From assembly GCA_049599475.1 (NCBI GenBank), contig JBMYOQ010000003.1:32001-96000 (forward strand): a stretch of 64,000 bases of DNA, written 5' to 3'. The notes under the pieces were generated by a model, which was not told where the DNA came from, did no database searches, and was given only the letters and a program-made list of their open reading frames with translations. Origin of the DNA: Opitutales bacterium (GTDB lineage Bacteria > Verrucomicrobiota > Verrucomicrobiia > Opitutales > JABSRG01). Positions within the stretch are counted from its first letter, which is position 1; the number at the start of each line of letters is the position of its first letter. Positions 39,703 through 49,251 of this stretch are shown in pieces. A program made the position numbers and the translations under genes.

Positions 39703-39841
39703 CAGGGCTTACACTCAACCCTCCGAACCACGTGCACCCGGATTTGAATTTGAAACCACATGACCAGAAGGCACGCGGTTTTAAGGATTTTCAGGATCCC
39801 TTACGTAAGGGGTCCAATAGGGCTGCTTTCAGACGGCCTGA

Positions 39842-40405
39842 TTAGGCGCGGCCCTGGTAACTCTTATCAGCAGTGTTTACCTTGATGACGTCACCTTGCT
39901 TGATGAAAATGGGGGTGCGAATCTCTAGACCGGTAGATACGACAACTGTCTTTTGCACGTTCCCCGAAGTGTCACCTCGCACCGCTTCCGGAGCCTCAAC
40001 AACTTCCATTTCAAGAGAAGCAGGAAGCTCGATACCCAATGGGCGGCCATCGACAAAAAATATGCTATACTCCGAGCCTTCGACGAGAAATGGCTTCGCA
40101 TCGCCGATTACATCGAGACCTACTTCGATTTGATCGTAGGTTTCGAGATCCATAAAGGCATATTCTCCCTGGTTCTCGTAGGAGAATTCCATGTTCTTCA
40201 GCTCCTTGTGAAGGACATCATAACTATCTCCGACATTGGTGCGCACGTGGACAGTTTTGCCATTTTTCACATTCTTCAGCTGCATTGAGCAGAAAGATGC
40301 GAGGTTCGGAGGCGTGTGGATAGTGCGCTCTACTACGATACAAGGTGTACCGTTGTATTCGATGACGTTGCCTTTACCAATTTTGTTAACTGTCGTGTTG
40401 CCCAT
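39842..40405 (-). CDS. efp: Elongation factor P (atypical loop)
   Basis: FMDLETYDQ, LP....V....P..RGDT, TGL...P.FI..GD.I.V.T, C-terminal YQGRA. Confidence 0.93.
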   Translation of the reverse strand: MGNTTVNKIGKGNVIEYNGTPCIVVERTIHTPPNLASFCSMQLKNVKNGKTVHVRTNVGDSYDVLHKELKNMEFSYENQGEYAFMDLETYDQIEVGLDVIGDAKPFLVEGSEYSIFFVDGRPLGIELPASLEMEVVEAPEAVRGDTSGNVQKTVVVSTGLEIRTPIFIKQGDVIKVNTADKSYQGRA

Positions 40406-40490
40406 AAATCTTGAGTAATTGAGGACAGAGAAACCAATCTAGGACCCGCGTTCTGTCCAGCCGTTTCTACAACTGGTCAGCTAATGGTCT

Positions 40491-40540
40491 GTAAAAATAG
40501 TAGAGCCGGATGAAACCCAAAACATCCGGCTCTACTATTT
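40491..40540 (-). terminator. Intrinsic terminator-like hairpin in the divergent efp / kinase intergenic region
   Basis: AAATAGTAGAGCCGGATG (40495-40512) / CATCCGGCTCTACTATTT (40523-40540), 10-nt loop; minus strand ends TATTTTTAC. Confidence 0.7.
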
Positions 40541-40605
40541 CTCACCTCCACAAGGAAGGCGTTTATTTTCTACTTTACCCCAATGTATTACCCAAAAACT
40601 GAATA
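40491..40605 (-). ncRNA. Candidate small RNA (~115 nt)
   Basis: Bracketed by a sigma54-type promoter (40616-40632) and an 18-bp perfect hairpin with a T tract; no convincing ORF. Confidence 0.45.
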
Positions 40606-40615
40606 TACCTAGTTT

Positions 40616-40632
40616 AGCACCGGTCATGCCAA
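40616..40632 (-). promoter_or_regulatory. Putative sigma54 (-24/-12) promoter
   Basis: Minus strand reads TTGGCATGACCGGTGCT: GG-N10-GC spacing is exact and close to the TGGCAC-N5-TTGC consensus. Confidence 0.55.
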
Positions 40633-40713
40633 TCGAGATTCAGAAAAAAAACAGATGAAAATTAGTTTCATATCAGAATCTAATTATTCTGCATTCCCGA
40701 CTCCCCTCGCCTC

Positions 40714-43638
40714 ATGAATCGGTGCCGCCTGCCGACTTTCAGCAGGTCAATGTCTAACTCTTCTAGGAAAACTCATGGTCGGCATGCGTTGCTTATCCCG
40801 TTGCGTGATGCAACGGAGCTGTTTGCAGCGCCCTCATGGCACACTTTGGATTCGGATCTCCTACAAGTCAGGGAATGGACTCTGGAACAAGGCGAGCAGG
40901 TATTTGCCATCGATGAGAGCGATTTTCAGGCATTTATTATCTGGGGGCCTTCCGGACCCGCTCGGGAATATGCCCAAAAGATTAAACAGTCTCACCCGTT
41001 TGCCCCAGTCATATGTCTGCTCGACAGTCATATCGATTCGCCCCCAACCACGGAAGCTCGAGAATCATTCAATGCGTGCCTCGATATCCGAACCGGGTTT
41101 TGGAGCCCCGATTGGCTTGCTGGCCATCTGGAAGAAGCCCGCCAAAACTGCGTAAACGAGCAAGCTCGCGAAACAGCCGAACTCACCCTTCAGAACGCGG
41201 CGCGCGAGCCCGCGACCACGGCCGCTGAAACTTTTGTCCGAATGATTACGGACCACCTCGCGAAAACCCTTCAAGTAGAGGTAGCGATGGTCGGCCGCAT
41301 CTGCGAGTCTTCGATGAAATCTCTCAGGAGCCTAAGCCATCGTTCCCAGGCACTGCGTACGACTGCCGTCTCGGTGAAGGGCTATTCTTCACTCAACGTG
41401 GAGATTCCCCTCGAAAACTCGCCTTTGGAAAAAGTAGTCGAGCGGGGCGACGATGTCTTCTACGGAGAAAATTTAGGTCAGAGGTTCCCAAAAGATTTAT
41501 ACATAAAGGGGCTCAACGCTGAAAGCTTCCTGGGCGTACCCTTGCGAGACAGCAGACGAAACATCATCGGTATCATCGCGATTTTCGATATTTCACCGAT
41601 GCAGAATCGGCGCTTGATCGAGTCGACCATTCATATTTTTGCATCTCGCATCGCAAACGAGATAGAGCGTGGACAAGTCGCCGAAGAGCTCAAGGCACAG
41701 GCGAGCATCCTGCAGCAAATCAACGAGGGTGTCGTAACGGCAGACCTCAATGGTATGATTACCAATTGGAATCCGCAGGCAGATGCCTTGTTCGGAATCA
41801 CACATCAAGAAGCCGTCGGCACGTCCCTCTCGAATCTCCTCCCAGATAAAGATCGTTCGACGCTACGCCAAAAGCTTATCGCGCCGGTATTGATCGATGG
41901 TCATCATCAAACCGAGATCGAGTTTCGCCACAAGACGGATCGCCCGATCTACTGCCTTGTAAATATTTCAATCCAACGCAGCGGACGCGGAAGCATCATG
42001 GGCATCATTATCTGCTGCACCGATATCACCGCACATAAAGCCTCCGAGGCGCGCGAACGCGAATCGCAACAACGCCTAGCATTTCATATCGATCGAGCCC
42101 CCCTGGCATTTATCGAATGGGATAGAGACTTCAAAATCACCGCTTGGAATCCAGCGGCTGAGCGCCTCTTCGGTTACAGTAAGGAAGAAGTCATTGGCTC
42201 TGACTGTTCCAAAATCAACGATGATGGAAATAAGAATCCAGCATTTGTCGCCTCCGCCGAAAGACTGGAACATGTCCGAAATCGGATTAAACACGTAACC
42301 GAAAACATTACCAAACTAGGACGTCGCATCACATGCGAGTGGCTCAACACTCCGCTTATTAACGAGAAACAGGAAATTGTAGGCTTTGCATCCCTGATCC
42401 AGGACATCACTACACGGATTGAATCCGAGAAAGCGCTGCTCGAAGCTAAGGAAGCAGCCGAGGGCGCAAACCGACTCAAGAACGAGTTCCTTTCGGTAAT
42501 GAGCCATGAGATTCGAACCCCGCTGAACTCGATTATTGGGTTTGGAGATCTACTAATGTCGATCGAGGAAGATCCCGAGAAACGGGACAATCTCGACGTT
42601 ATCCGAGGAAGCAGTCGAGAACTCCTCAAAATTATCGAGAGCGTCCTAGATTATTCTAAAATCGAGGCAGGACAGATAAATACAGAGTTCTCCGAAATGG
42701 ATCTCACCGCAGTCGTATTCGAAATATGCGAGCACTACAATCGTGTCGCGGACGCCAAAGACTTACGGCTCAAATTTGACCTTCAGGACGACATCCCAGC
42801 GCTCATCGAATATAGCTGGGATTGTATCCGAACTATCATTAACAACCTTGTCGACAACGCTATCAAGTTTACAGAAGAAGGCGAAGTTAATGTATCAGTC
42901 AAAGCAGAACCGTGCATGGATTCCGACAAGTGGCACTACTGTATTAAAATAAGCGATACGGGTGTCGGTATCGACCAAAAGAAAATACCCAAGCTTTTCC
43001 AACTTTTCGGTCAGGTAGACGGATCTTCCACCCGGCGATTCGAAGGCCTCGGGCTGGGTCTGGCCACTTCCAAGAAGCTCGCTGAGCGCATCTCCGCGAC
43101 TATTGTCGGTGAATCTCAGGTGGATAAGGGTTCAGAATTCTCAATTCTATTTGATGCCCTTCCGGTTGTTGATGAGCCCGAAGAGCCAGCAAAACCATCA
43201 GAGGAGGAAGAGACCAAGCTCATCGCCGAAAAATATCCGCTCCGGATTCTACTTGTCGAAGACGACCCGAGCACTCAGTTCATGTTTGTCCGGCTCTTGA
43301 AGAAATTTGGGTACGACCCCGCTGTCGCGGGTGATGGAGCTGAAGCCGTAGAGCTCGTCCACAGCAATGCCTATGACTTAATCTTCATGGATGTCTTTAT
43401 GCCGCGCATGGACGGTTACGAAGCGACCGAAGCCATTCGTACTGGACAACATCGTACTGACGGCGAACGCGTTTTCATCTGTGCGATCACCGCAGACATT
43501 CACTGTGCGAGCGAAGAAAACTGCCTGAGCGTAGGCATGGACGCGTGTCTGAAGAAACCAATTTTTGCCGGCAACACGATCGAAGTCATCGAAGCATGCT
43601 TTGCCCACCACGGTTACCAAGCAGTGAACAAAAGCTAA
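40714..43638 (+). CDS. Cytoplasmic hybrid sensor histidine kinase (GAF, 2x PAS, HisKA/HATPase, REC)
   Basis: ESFLGVPL (GAF), WN..A..LFG (PAS x2), MSHEIRTPLN, NLVDNAIKFT, DTGVGI, GLGLGLA, DVFMPRMDG. Start could be 40750. Confidence 0.92.
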   Translation: MNRCRLPTFSRSMSNSSRKTHGRHALLIPLRDATELFAAPSWHTLDSDLLQVREWTLEQGEQVFAIDESDFQAFIIWGPSGPAREYAQKIKQSHPFAPVICLLDSHIDSPPTTEARESFNACLDIRTGFWSPDWLAGHLEEARQNCVNEQARETAELTLQNAAREPATTAAETFVRMITDHLAKTLQVEVAMVGRICESSMKSLRSLSHRSQALRTTAVSVKGYSSLNVEIPLENSPLEKVVERGDDVFYGENLGQRFPKDLYIKGLNAESFLGVPLRDSRRNIIGIIAIFDISPMQNRRLIESTIHIFASRIANEIERGQVAEELKAQASILQQINEGVVTADLNGMITNWNPQADALFGITHQEAVGTSLSNLLPDKDRSTLRQKLIAPVLIDGHHQTEIEFRHKTDRPIYCLVNISIQRSGRGSIMGIIICCTDITAHKASEARERESQQRLAFHIDRAPLAFIEWDRDFKITAWNPAAERLFGYSKEEVIGSDCSKINDDGNKNPAFVASAERLEHVRNRIKHVTENITKLGRRITCEWLNTPLINEKQEIVGFASLIQDITTRIESEKALLEAKEAAEGANRLKNEFLSVMSHEIRTPLNSIIGFGDLLMSIEEDPEKRDNLDVIRGSSRELLKIIESVLDYSKIEAGQINTEFSEMDLTAVVFEICEHYNRVADAKDLRLKFDLQDDIPALIEYSWDCIRTIINNLVDNAIKFTEEGEVNVSVKAEPCMDSDKWHYCIKISDTGVGIDQKKIPKLFQLFGQVDGSSTRRFEGLGLGLATSKKLAERISATIVGESQVDKGSEFSILFDALPVVDEPEEPAKPSEEEETKLIAEKYPLRILLVEDDPSTQFMFVRLLKKFGYDPAVAGDGAEAVELVHSNAYDLIFMDVFMPRMDGYEATEAIRTGQHRTDGERVFICAITADIHCASEENCLSVGMDACLKKPIFAGNTIEVIEACFAHHGYQAVNKS

Positions 43639-44537
43639 AAGAGCTCCGCGAAAGTCAGTAAATAGCTGTCGATAAAGGGCGATAATCCGGCAAAATAAAG
43701 CCAGCCGCCGAGCGCAAGCATTGGACCAAATGGAATCGCCATACCCATTTGCAAAGGTTCATCCGACTCGCCCTCTTCCTCGGGCGCCTCCTTCTGGGTA
43801 AACTTCTGAACGATCATTACCGGGATAACAAGGAGTGTTCCAATCATCGAGCCTCCAAAGATTGCGAACAGCCCGCCTTGCCATCCGCAGAAGGCCCCAA
43901 TACAGCCCATAAACATGACATCGCCCTCACCCATCGCCTCTTTTCGCAGTGCAATTTCAGCGAGGAGACGTATCCAATATATGGTACCTGACCCTATGAG
44001 GACACCGATAATGCTGAGTATGCCTGATTTCAAATTTGCCTCGAGACCGTAGCCTCCACTGATCCCATGGAGCTGCGGAAATACAAAGCTTAAAACGACC
44101 CCAAGAATCATGCCTCCGACAGAGAACCTCAGAGGAATAATCATGTGATCTAGGTCGATAAAAGTGGTCGCGATCAATATCGCCGCGAAAGCCATCCCGA
44201 TTACCGCCACGAGCGGTTCCTGGACTAACCATGCCCAGAGGAAAAAGAACCCCGTCAGGATTTCTACGAATGCGTAGCGAAAGGAGTATGGTTTTCCGCA
44301 GCAGGCCGTTTTTCCCCTCAAGTAAAACCAAGTAACAATGGGGATATTCAAATACCAAGGTATGGGTTTACCACAAAAACCACAGCGCGATCCCGGAGAG
44401 ATTACGGAGAGTTCCGCAGGTATTCGGTAAATGCATACATTCAAGAAACTGCCGACAATCGCACCGAGGCAAAAAGTGAAGCACCAGAAGAACCAGGGGA
44501 AATTACTCTGAATAAAATAGAAATTTTCGAGAGACAT
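43635..44537 (-). CDS. pilD: Prepilin peptidase (A24A)
   Basis: GSFLNVCIYRIP, SRCxxC..I.WY.NIP, FIDLDH.IIP, MGEGD, IPFGP.LA. Confidence 0.93.
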   Translation of the reverse strand: MSLENFYFIQSNFPWFFWCFTFCLGAIVGSFLNVCIYRIPAELSVISPGSRCGFCGKPIPWYLNIPIVTWFYLRGKTACCGKPYSFRYAFVEILTGFFFLWAWLVQEPLVAVIGMAFAAILIATTFIDLDHMIIPLRFSVGGMILGVVLSFVFPQLHGISGGYGLEANLKSGILSIIGVLIGSGTIYWIRLLAEIALRKEAMGEGDVMFMGCIGAFCGWQGGLFAIFGGSMIGTLLVIPVMIVQKFTQKEAPEEEGESDEPLQMGMAIPFGPMLALGGWLYFAGLSPFIDSYLLTFAELF

Positions 44538-44543
44538 AAATTA

Positions 44544-45461
44544 CTAAGACTTCCCTCCTAGAGCTGCGGAACGCATGGCTTTTTCAGGCACTTGGTCACG
44601 TCCTGTCCATATTTCCAATGCGCGAGCTCCCTGATACACAAGCATATCCAGACCGTTGCACGCGGCGACTCCCTGAGCCTTCAGGGCCCGCATCATGATC
44701 GTTTCTGGAGGGTTATATATCATATCGAAAAATACAGAATCTGGAGCAAATCCAGACATATCCATCGGAAGTCGATCCTCTGCCTTTAGCCCTGTAGACG
44801 TAGCATTGATGATGAGCGCCGATTCTGGAAGCTGCGGATCCGATTCAAATAAGAACGGATAGATTTCCGCTTTGGGATATAGTTTTCTGATATCTTGAAC
44901 CAATGCATCTAGGCGCGCCGAGGAGCGATTGCCGATCCACAGCGCCTGGCAATCACGACTTAAGCACTGCACAGCAGCTGCCCGCCCAGCACCTCCGGCC
45001 CCCAAAAGGACAACGGGTTTATCCAGCAAAGACACATTCAGATTGCGAGCAATCGCAGTCTCTACCCCATAACCATCTGTATTATATCCGTAATAACCAG
45101 AATCCTTCCAAAAGAGCGTGTTGATAGCTCCAATAGCTGCAGCATCGGGATCCATATCAGCCACATATTTTAGAGCTTCGACCTTGTGCGGAATCGTCAG
45201 ATTGACCCCTCGAAATCGTTTCTCATGCAACAAGCCGAGGGCTTCCTCAAGATTTTCGACCGGTATGTCAAAACGGGTGTATTGCCACTGTTCATACGAG
45301 GCGTCCGATTTCGCGAGTTCCTCTAAGGCCGCATTGTGCATATGTGGACTGAGGCTATGCTTTATCGGATGCCCTAATACCGCCAACCAGATCCCGGGTC
45401 GGTCCCAAGACCTTAGGTCCTCCAAAGTAAAAGTCTCATCATTCACTAGCTTCACGCTCAT
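44544..45461 (-). CDS. aroE: Shikimate dehydrogenase
   Basis: GHPIKHSLSP.MHN, GVNLTIPHK, GAINT, NTDGYG, LGAGGAGRA, DMIYNP, GLDMLVYQG; ATG at 45461. Confidence 0.95.
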   Translation of the reverse strand: MSVKLVNDETFTLEDLRSWDRPGIWLAVLGHPIKHSLSPHMHNAALEELAKSDASYEQWQYTRFDIPVENLEEALGLLHEKRFRGVNLTIPHKVEALKYVADMDPDAAAIGAINTLFWKDSGYYGYNTDGYGVETAIARNLNVSLLDKPVVLLGAGGAGRAAAVQCLSRDCQALWIGNRSSARLDALVQDIRKLYPKAEIYPFLFESDPQLPESALIINATSTGLKAEDRLPMDMSGFAPDSVFFDMIYNPPETIMMRALKAQGVAACNGLDMLVYQGARALEIWTGRDQVPEKAMRSAALGGKS

Positions 45462-46314
45462 AGGCTTCGTCAAAATTTTTGATAAATGAATCAAAGAGGG
45501 CCTGTTTCTCGGCGTCTCCAATCTTTTGATATTGATGGGCTAAATTCCGACAACAACGGCAGATCACCTCCCCGACCGGACACGGATTGAGCACCCGCTC
45601 ATCCTCGACGCCCTGAGGACGCAATAGATCGATGATCAGCTCTTCGCGCGTGCGCATTTGCCCCCGATCAAAGGGATCGATGTAAAAGATACTTTCTCCG
45701 CTGAAGCATCCGACTAAAAATCGCCCCGGAGCGCCCACAGGCTCGAGTTCGATGCCCACGCGCTGTCCAACGAGCAGGTAGATAGTCGAAAGCGTCAAGG
45801 GGATACCCTTTCGACGATCGAGCACTCGGTTGATAAAGCTATTTTGCGGATCGTAGAAATTATCAAAATCACCCCGAAACCCATATTCGTGGAATAAGAC
45901 TCGATTGAGCAGACGGCAGCGCTCGAAGTCTGACGACGGATGCACTGCGAGCTCATAGTAGCGTTTCGCGAGGATATCTAAAAATTCGCAAATATCCTTT
46001 GCGGAGACTTCAGGATAAACGGTCCGGCACAGCATGATTAGCCCGGTCTCCAGCTCATATTGGAAACTATCAATAAAGGTCCGGAAATTCAGAATCACAT
46101 CCTCGATTCCCAGGTCTGCCATCCACTGGCGTGCGATCTTTTGCTGTTGTGCATCATCCACATCGGCGTATTCGCGCAAAAAGATTTCGGCCTCCCCTAT
46201 GTGCTTTTGAAATAACCGCAACAACTCCTCCCTGACAGACACGGATTCATCATCCACGAGGCTCATCAGAACATCTTTGGATGGAAGGGAAACGGTATTT
46301 GAATTAGCACACAT
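45439..46314 (-). CDS. SirB1 / transglutaminase-like (Transglut_core2) protein
   Basis: LF...GFRGD..NFYDPQNSFINRVLDRRKGIPLTLS, PGRFL, YIDPF..G. Confidence 0.85.
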   Translation of the reverse strand: MCANSNTVSLPSKDVLMSLVDDESVSVREELLRLFQKHIGEAEIFLREYADVDDAQQQKIARQWMADLGIEDVILNFRTFIDSFQYELETGLIMLCRTVYPEVSAKDICEFLDILAKRYYELAVHPSSDFERCRLLNRVLFHEYGFRGDFDNFYDPQNSFINRVLDRRKGIPLTLSTIYLLVGQRVGIELEPVGAPGRFLVGCFSGESIFYIDPFDRGQMRTREELIIDLLRPQGVEDERVLNPCPVGEVICRCCRNLAHQYQKIGDAEKQALFDSFIKNFDEAYEREASE

Positions 46315-46381
46315 CTAAACCTGCAATACTAGCCAGCGATTCAAGCTTGGCTAGTTCAAACAACGTCTCACGAGATTAGAA

Positions 46382-47188
46382 TCATTCACCAAAAAATGCG
46401 TTGTGAACTTGCTCCAATCCGATGCTGGTTAGCGGGCCATGCCCGGGACATACGATTGTCTCGGGATCCAAGGACATCAATTGATCTCGGCTCGTCTGAT
46501 AGGCCTTTCTAAAAGAGACCATTCCACCGCCCATAGACCCCGCAAACAGGGCATCCCCCACCACTACAACCGTTTTACCCAAGCCTTCGACCACGAAGCT
46601 CGCTCCATCAGCGGCGTGCCCGACTGTTTCCAAAACAGACAAACGTATCGAGCCTATCTTAATCTTTTGACCATACTCGAGAGCGTGGGCTCCTTTTACC
46701 CGCGCCGTGTCGACCGCGTACACCGGTGAAGACCAAGCATGCTCTAGTGCTGGAAGGCCCATAACATGGTCCTTATGAGCATGCGTAATCACGACCGCTT
46801 TGACATTCAAGCTCAACTCATCGACCTTTTCGATTAAAGCCACGGGCTCTGTCCCGGTATCGAATATCACCGCATTTCGATCCCTATCATGAATAATAAA
46901 TGCATTCACAGTGCCGCCGCGAAAGGGAGTGGATACCATTACTAGCCCCTCGAGATCCGGCACCTCAGGATACCAAGACTGTTGGGCCAGGCTTACGAGG
47001 GCTTTCGGTGCGAGGTTTAGCGCTGGGGCCAATTTCTCCAAGGCCTCTACATCAACCTGCTCCTCAAGCAAAGCGCGCACTCGGACCGAGTCCACGCCTG
47101 CGCGCGTCGCTGCCAATTCGACAGGGATCATCTGGCCGACCATTGCTTTTCTCAATACATCGGCATGGGTATCTTCAATTTCGATCAT
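46382..47188 (-). CDS. MBL-fold metallo-hydrolase (glyoxalase II-like) with N-terminal helical extension
   Basis: THAHKDH, GH, GDALFAGSMG, PGHGP.T....E..HN.F. Confidence 0.88.
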   Translation of the reverse strand: MIEIEDTHADVLRKAMVGQMIPVELAATRAGVDSVRVRALLEEQVDVEALEKLAPALNLAPKALVSLAQQSWYPEVPDLEGLVMVSTPFRGGTVNAFIIHDRDRNAVIFDTGTEPVALIEKVDELSLNVKAVVITHAHKDHVMGLPALEHAWSSPVYAVDTARVKGAHALEYGQKIKIGSIRLSVLETVGHAADGASFVVEGLGKTVVVVGDALFAGSMGGGMVSFRKAYQTSRDQLMSLDPETIVCPGHGPLTSIGLEQVHNAFFGE

Positions 47189-48006
47189 TGTTCAGCAAAA
47201 GGGCGTTTTGTCTGGAACCCCAATTTCGACAATAAGCCCAAGTAGTCACTGGGAAATGGAGCAGAAAATTCAAGAGGGTCCTGACCCTCCAGATTGAAAG
47301 TCATCCGGCTGCAATGCAGCGCTTGCCTAGGATGCGTAAGGGCCTCAGCCATCTCGGGAGTCCATCCAGTCTCAGTAAATTTGATGAACCACAGAGCATC
47401 GGGACCGTAGATTTTGTCACCAACAACTCTATTTTCCAGCCATTCGGCATGAGCACGGATCTGATGCTTGCGCCCGGTCTCGATATTTACGTGCACGAGC
47501 GTGTGCCCTGTCGCCTCTTCGATCGGAGTAAAATGTGAAATAGCCTTACTGCCCTGCTGTCCTTTCTGGGCCTTACACTTCACATGCACGAGGGACTTTC
47601 GATCATTCACCAAAGGAATGTCCACCGTGTGCCTTTCGCCAATCCCCACGGGCAGAGTGCCTTCCAGGATCGCGTGATAATGCTTCTTTACCACCCTTTT
47701 CGCCATGGCAGTCTGCAAGATTGAACTCATACCTGAATCTTTGGCCAAAATAACAAGGCCTGAGGTCTCTCGATCCAACCGGGCAACCAAATGCACTTGG
47801 TCCAAATTACGAGCCTCGCGCAAGGCACCAACCAAGCTAGACCACGGGCCATTTTTTGAAGGGTGGCACACTAGCCAGCCTGGTTTATTCAGCACAAGAA
47901 TGCGCTCATCCTCATGCAATATCCAGGTTTCCAATTCCTCAGGATTCACAAGCGGCGCGGTCTCCCCCACCCATTTTTCTAGATCGATACCCTCGTTAAC
48001 GCTCAT
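47185..48006 (-). CDS. RluA-family pseudouridine synthase
   Basis: NKPGWLVCHP, RLDRETSG, TGRKHQIRAH, GDKIYG, ALH. Confidence 0.92.
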   Translation of the reverse strand: MSVNEGIDLEKWVGETAPLVNPEELETWILHEDERILVLNKPGWLVCHPSKNGPWSSLVGALREARNLDQVHLVARLDRETSGLVILAKDSGMSSILQTAMAKRVVKKHYHAILEGTLPVGIGERHTVDIPLVNDRKSLVHVKCKAQKGQQGSKAISHFTPIEEATGHTLVHVNIETGRKHQIRAHAEWLENRVVGDKIYGPDALWFIKFTETGWTPEMAEALTHPRQALHCSRMTFNLEGQDPLEFSAPFPSDYLGLLSKLGFQTKRPFAEQ

Positions 48007-48021
48007 AGCAAGGCAGGGACG

Positions 48022-48336
48022 CTAAAGGTCATAATTTTTAGGGTACTTATAGCGTGGTCGTTTCACTTTGGAGGCAAGTTCAGGAGTCAGCTTCACCTCG
48101 CCCGTAAATGGAAACCGCGCGACCCGCAGCTGCGATTGAACTCCCTTGGGTAAAATGTCTTTTTCAAGATAAGCACGCATCTCCAGCACCCAGTAATAGA
48201 GCTCGTAATCATCTAAGGACGCGAAATCAGCCCCGGGTTCAGCGGTGAATTCCGTAAGACGATCGAGCATTGTGCGCATGCGCTCGCGCACCCCGACTAA
48301 GCGCTCTTCTAGAAAACTGTGCAACTGCGCGTCCAT
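48022..48336 (-). CDS. Hypothetical protein
   Basis: 104-aa ORF filling the gap within a co-directional gene run; no family recognised. Confidence 0.55.
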   Translation of the reverse strand: MDAQLHSFLEERLVGVRERMRTMLDRLTEFTAEPGADFASLDDYELYYWVLEMRAYLEKDILPKGVQSQLRVARFPFTGEVKLTPELASKVKRPRYKYPKNYDL

Positions 48337-48356
48337 CCCAGGCGATTCAGGCGAGC

Positions 48357-49232
48357 CTACTCGACATTCGCAATCTGTTCGCGGAGGCGCTCCAATTCAT
48401 TCTTTGCATCGATCACTCCTTGAGTCATCTCAAGCTTGCTCGCTTTGGAGCCGATCGTATTGAATTCGCGGTTTATCTCCTGAACGATAAAGTCCATTTT
48501 CCGCCCAACCGTATCTCCAGAGGCAATACATTCGCGCATTTGGTCAAAATGACTTCCCAAGCGCGTGATCTCTTCCGCGACATCGCATCGATCAGCAAAG
48601 AGCGCGATCTCCTTGAGCACTCGCTCATCGCTCAAATCTAAGTCCTCCAGCCCGGACTGGCGCAAGCGCTGAAACAGGCGCTCGCGATAGGCATCCACAA
48701 CACCCTCAGAATTCGCCTGGATTTCCGTAAGGAGCTCGTTGAGCCTCTCGACTCGAGCACTCACATCTGCCTTGAGCGCACTGCCTTCGTCGCTCCGCAT
48801 CTGCAAGAATGCTTTCAGCCCCTGATTAAAGGCTTCCATCACAATCTCCTGAACACTTTCAAAGTCTGGAAGCGCACTCGCAGGTTTGATGGCCTTCACT
48901 AGCTCCAGCAAAAACAGGCTATCCGGTGCGAATGAGACATCCGCTCGCTCAGACAAATCTTTAAACTTTGAAATCGTAGCCTGAACCGAAGCATCGTCCC
49001 ATTTGAGGCCTTCGGCTCCGCCAAACGGTGTAGCCTTCAGCGCCACGTAGACTTTACCCCGAGCAATTGCCCCGCGGACACGCTCAGTGATCAGTTGGTC
49101 TACTCCGATCCACTCTTTGGGACTCGAGGTAGACACCTCCAAATTGCGTCGATTGACCGAGGAAATTTCGACCGTAATTTCAATCTCTTCAGTACTGGCA
49201 GAACCTCTGCCATAACCTGTCATACTTTTCAT
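48357..49232 (-). CDS. yicC: YicC/YloC-family endoribonuclease
   Basis: MKSMTGYGR, SVNRR.L, DVAEEITRL.SH, GRKMDF..QE.NRE.NTIGSK, REQIANVE. Confidence 0.93.
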   Translation of the reverse strand: MKSMTGYGRGSASTEEIEITVEISSVNRRNLEVSTSSPKEWIGVDQLITERVRGAIARGKVYVALKATPFGGAEGLKWDDASVQATISKFKDLSERADVSFAPDSLFLLELVKAIKPASALPDFESVQEIVMEAFNQGLKAFLQMRSDEGSALKADVSARVERLNELLTEIQANSEGVVDAYRERLFQRLRQSGLEDLDLSDERVLKEIALFADRCDVAEEITRLGSHFDQMRECIASGDTVGRKMDFIVQEINREFNTIGSKASKLEMTQGVIDAKNELERLREQIANVE

Positions 49233-49251
49233 GTGATAGCAAAAAAGGGCT

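Noticed and set aside
39366..39747. Short overlapping ORFs (105-125 aa) between the DUF1501 gene and efp
   Set aside because: Arg/Ala/Ser-rich translations of a GC-rich repeat, with no recognisable motifs.
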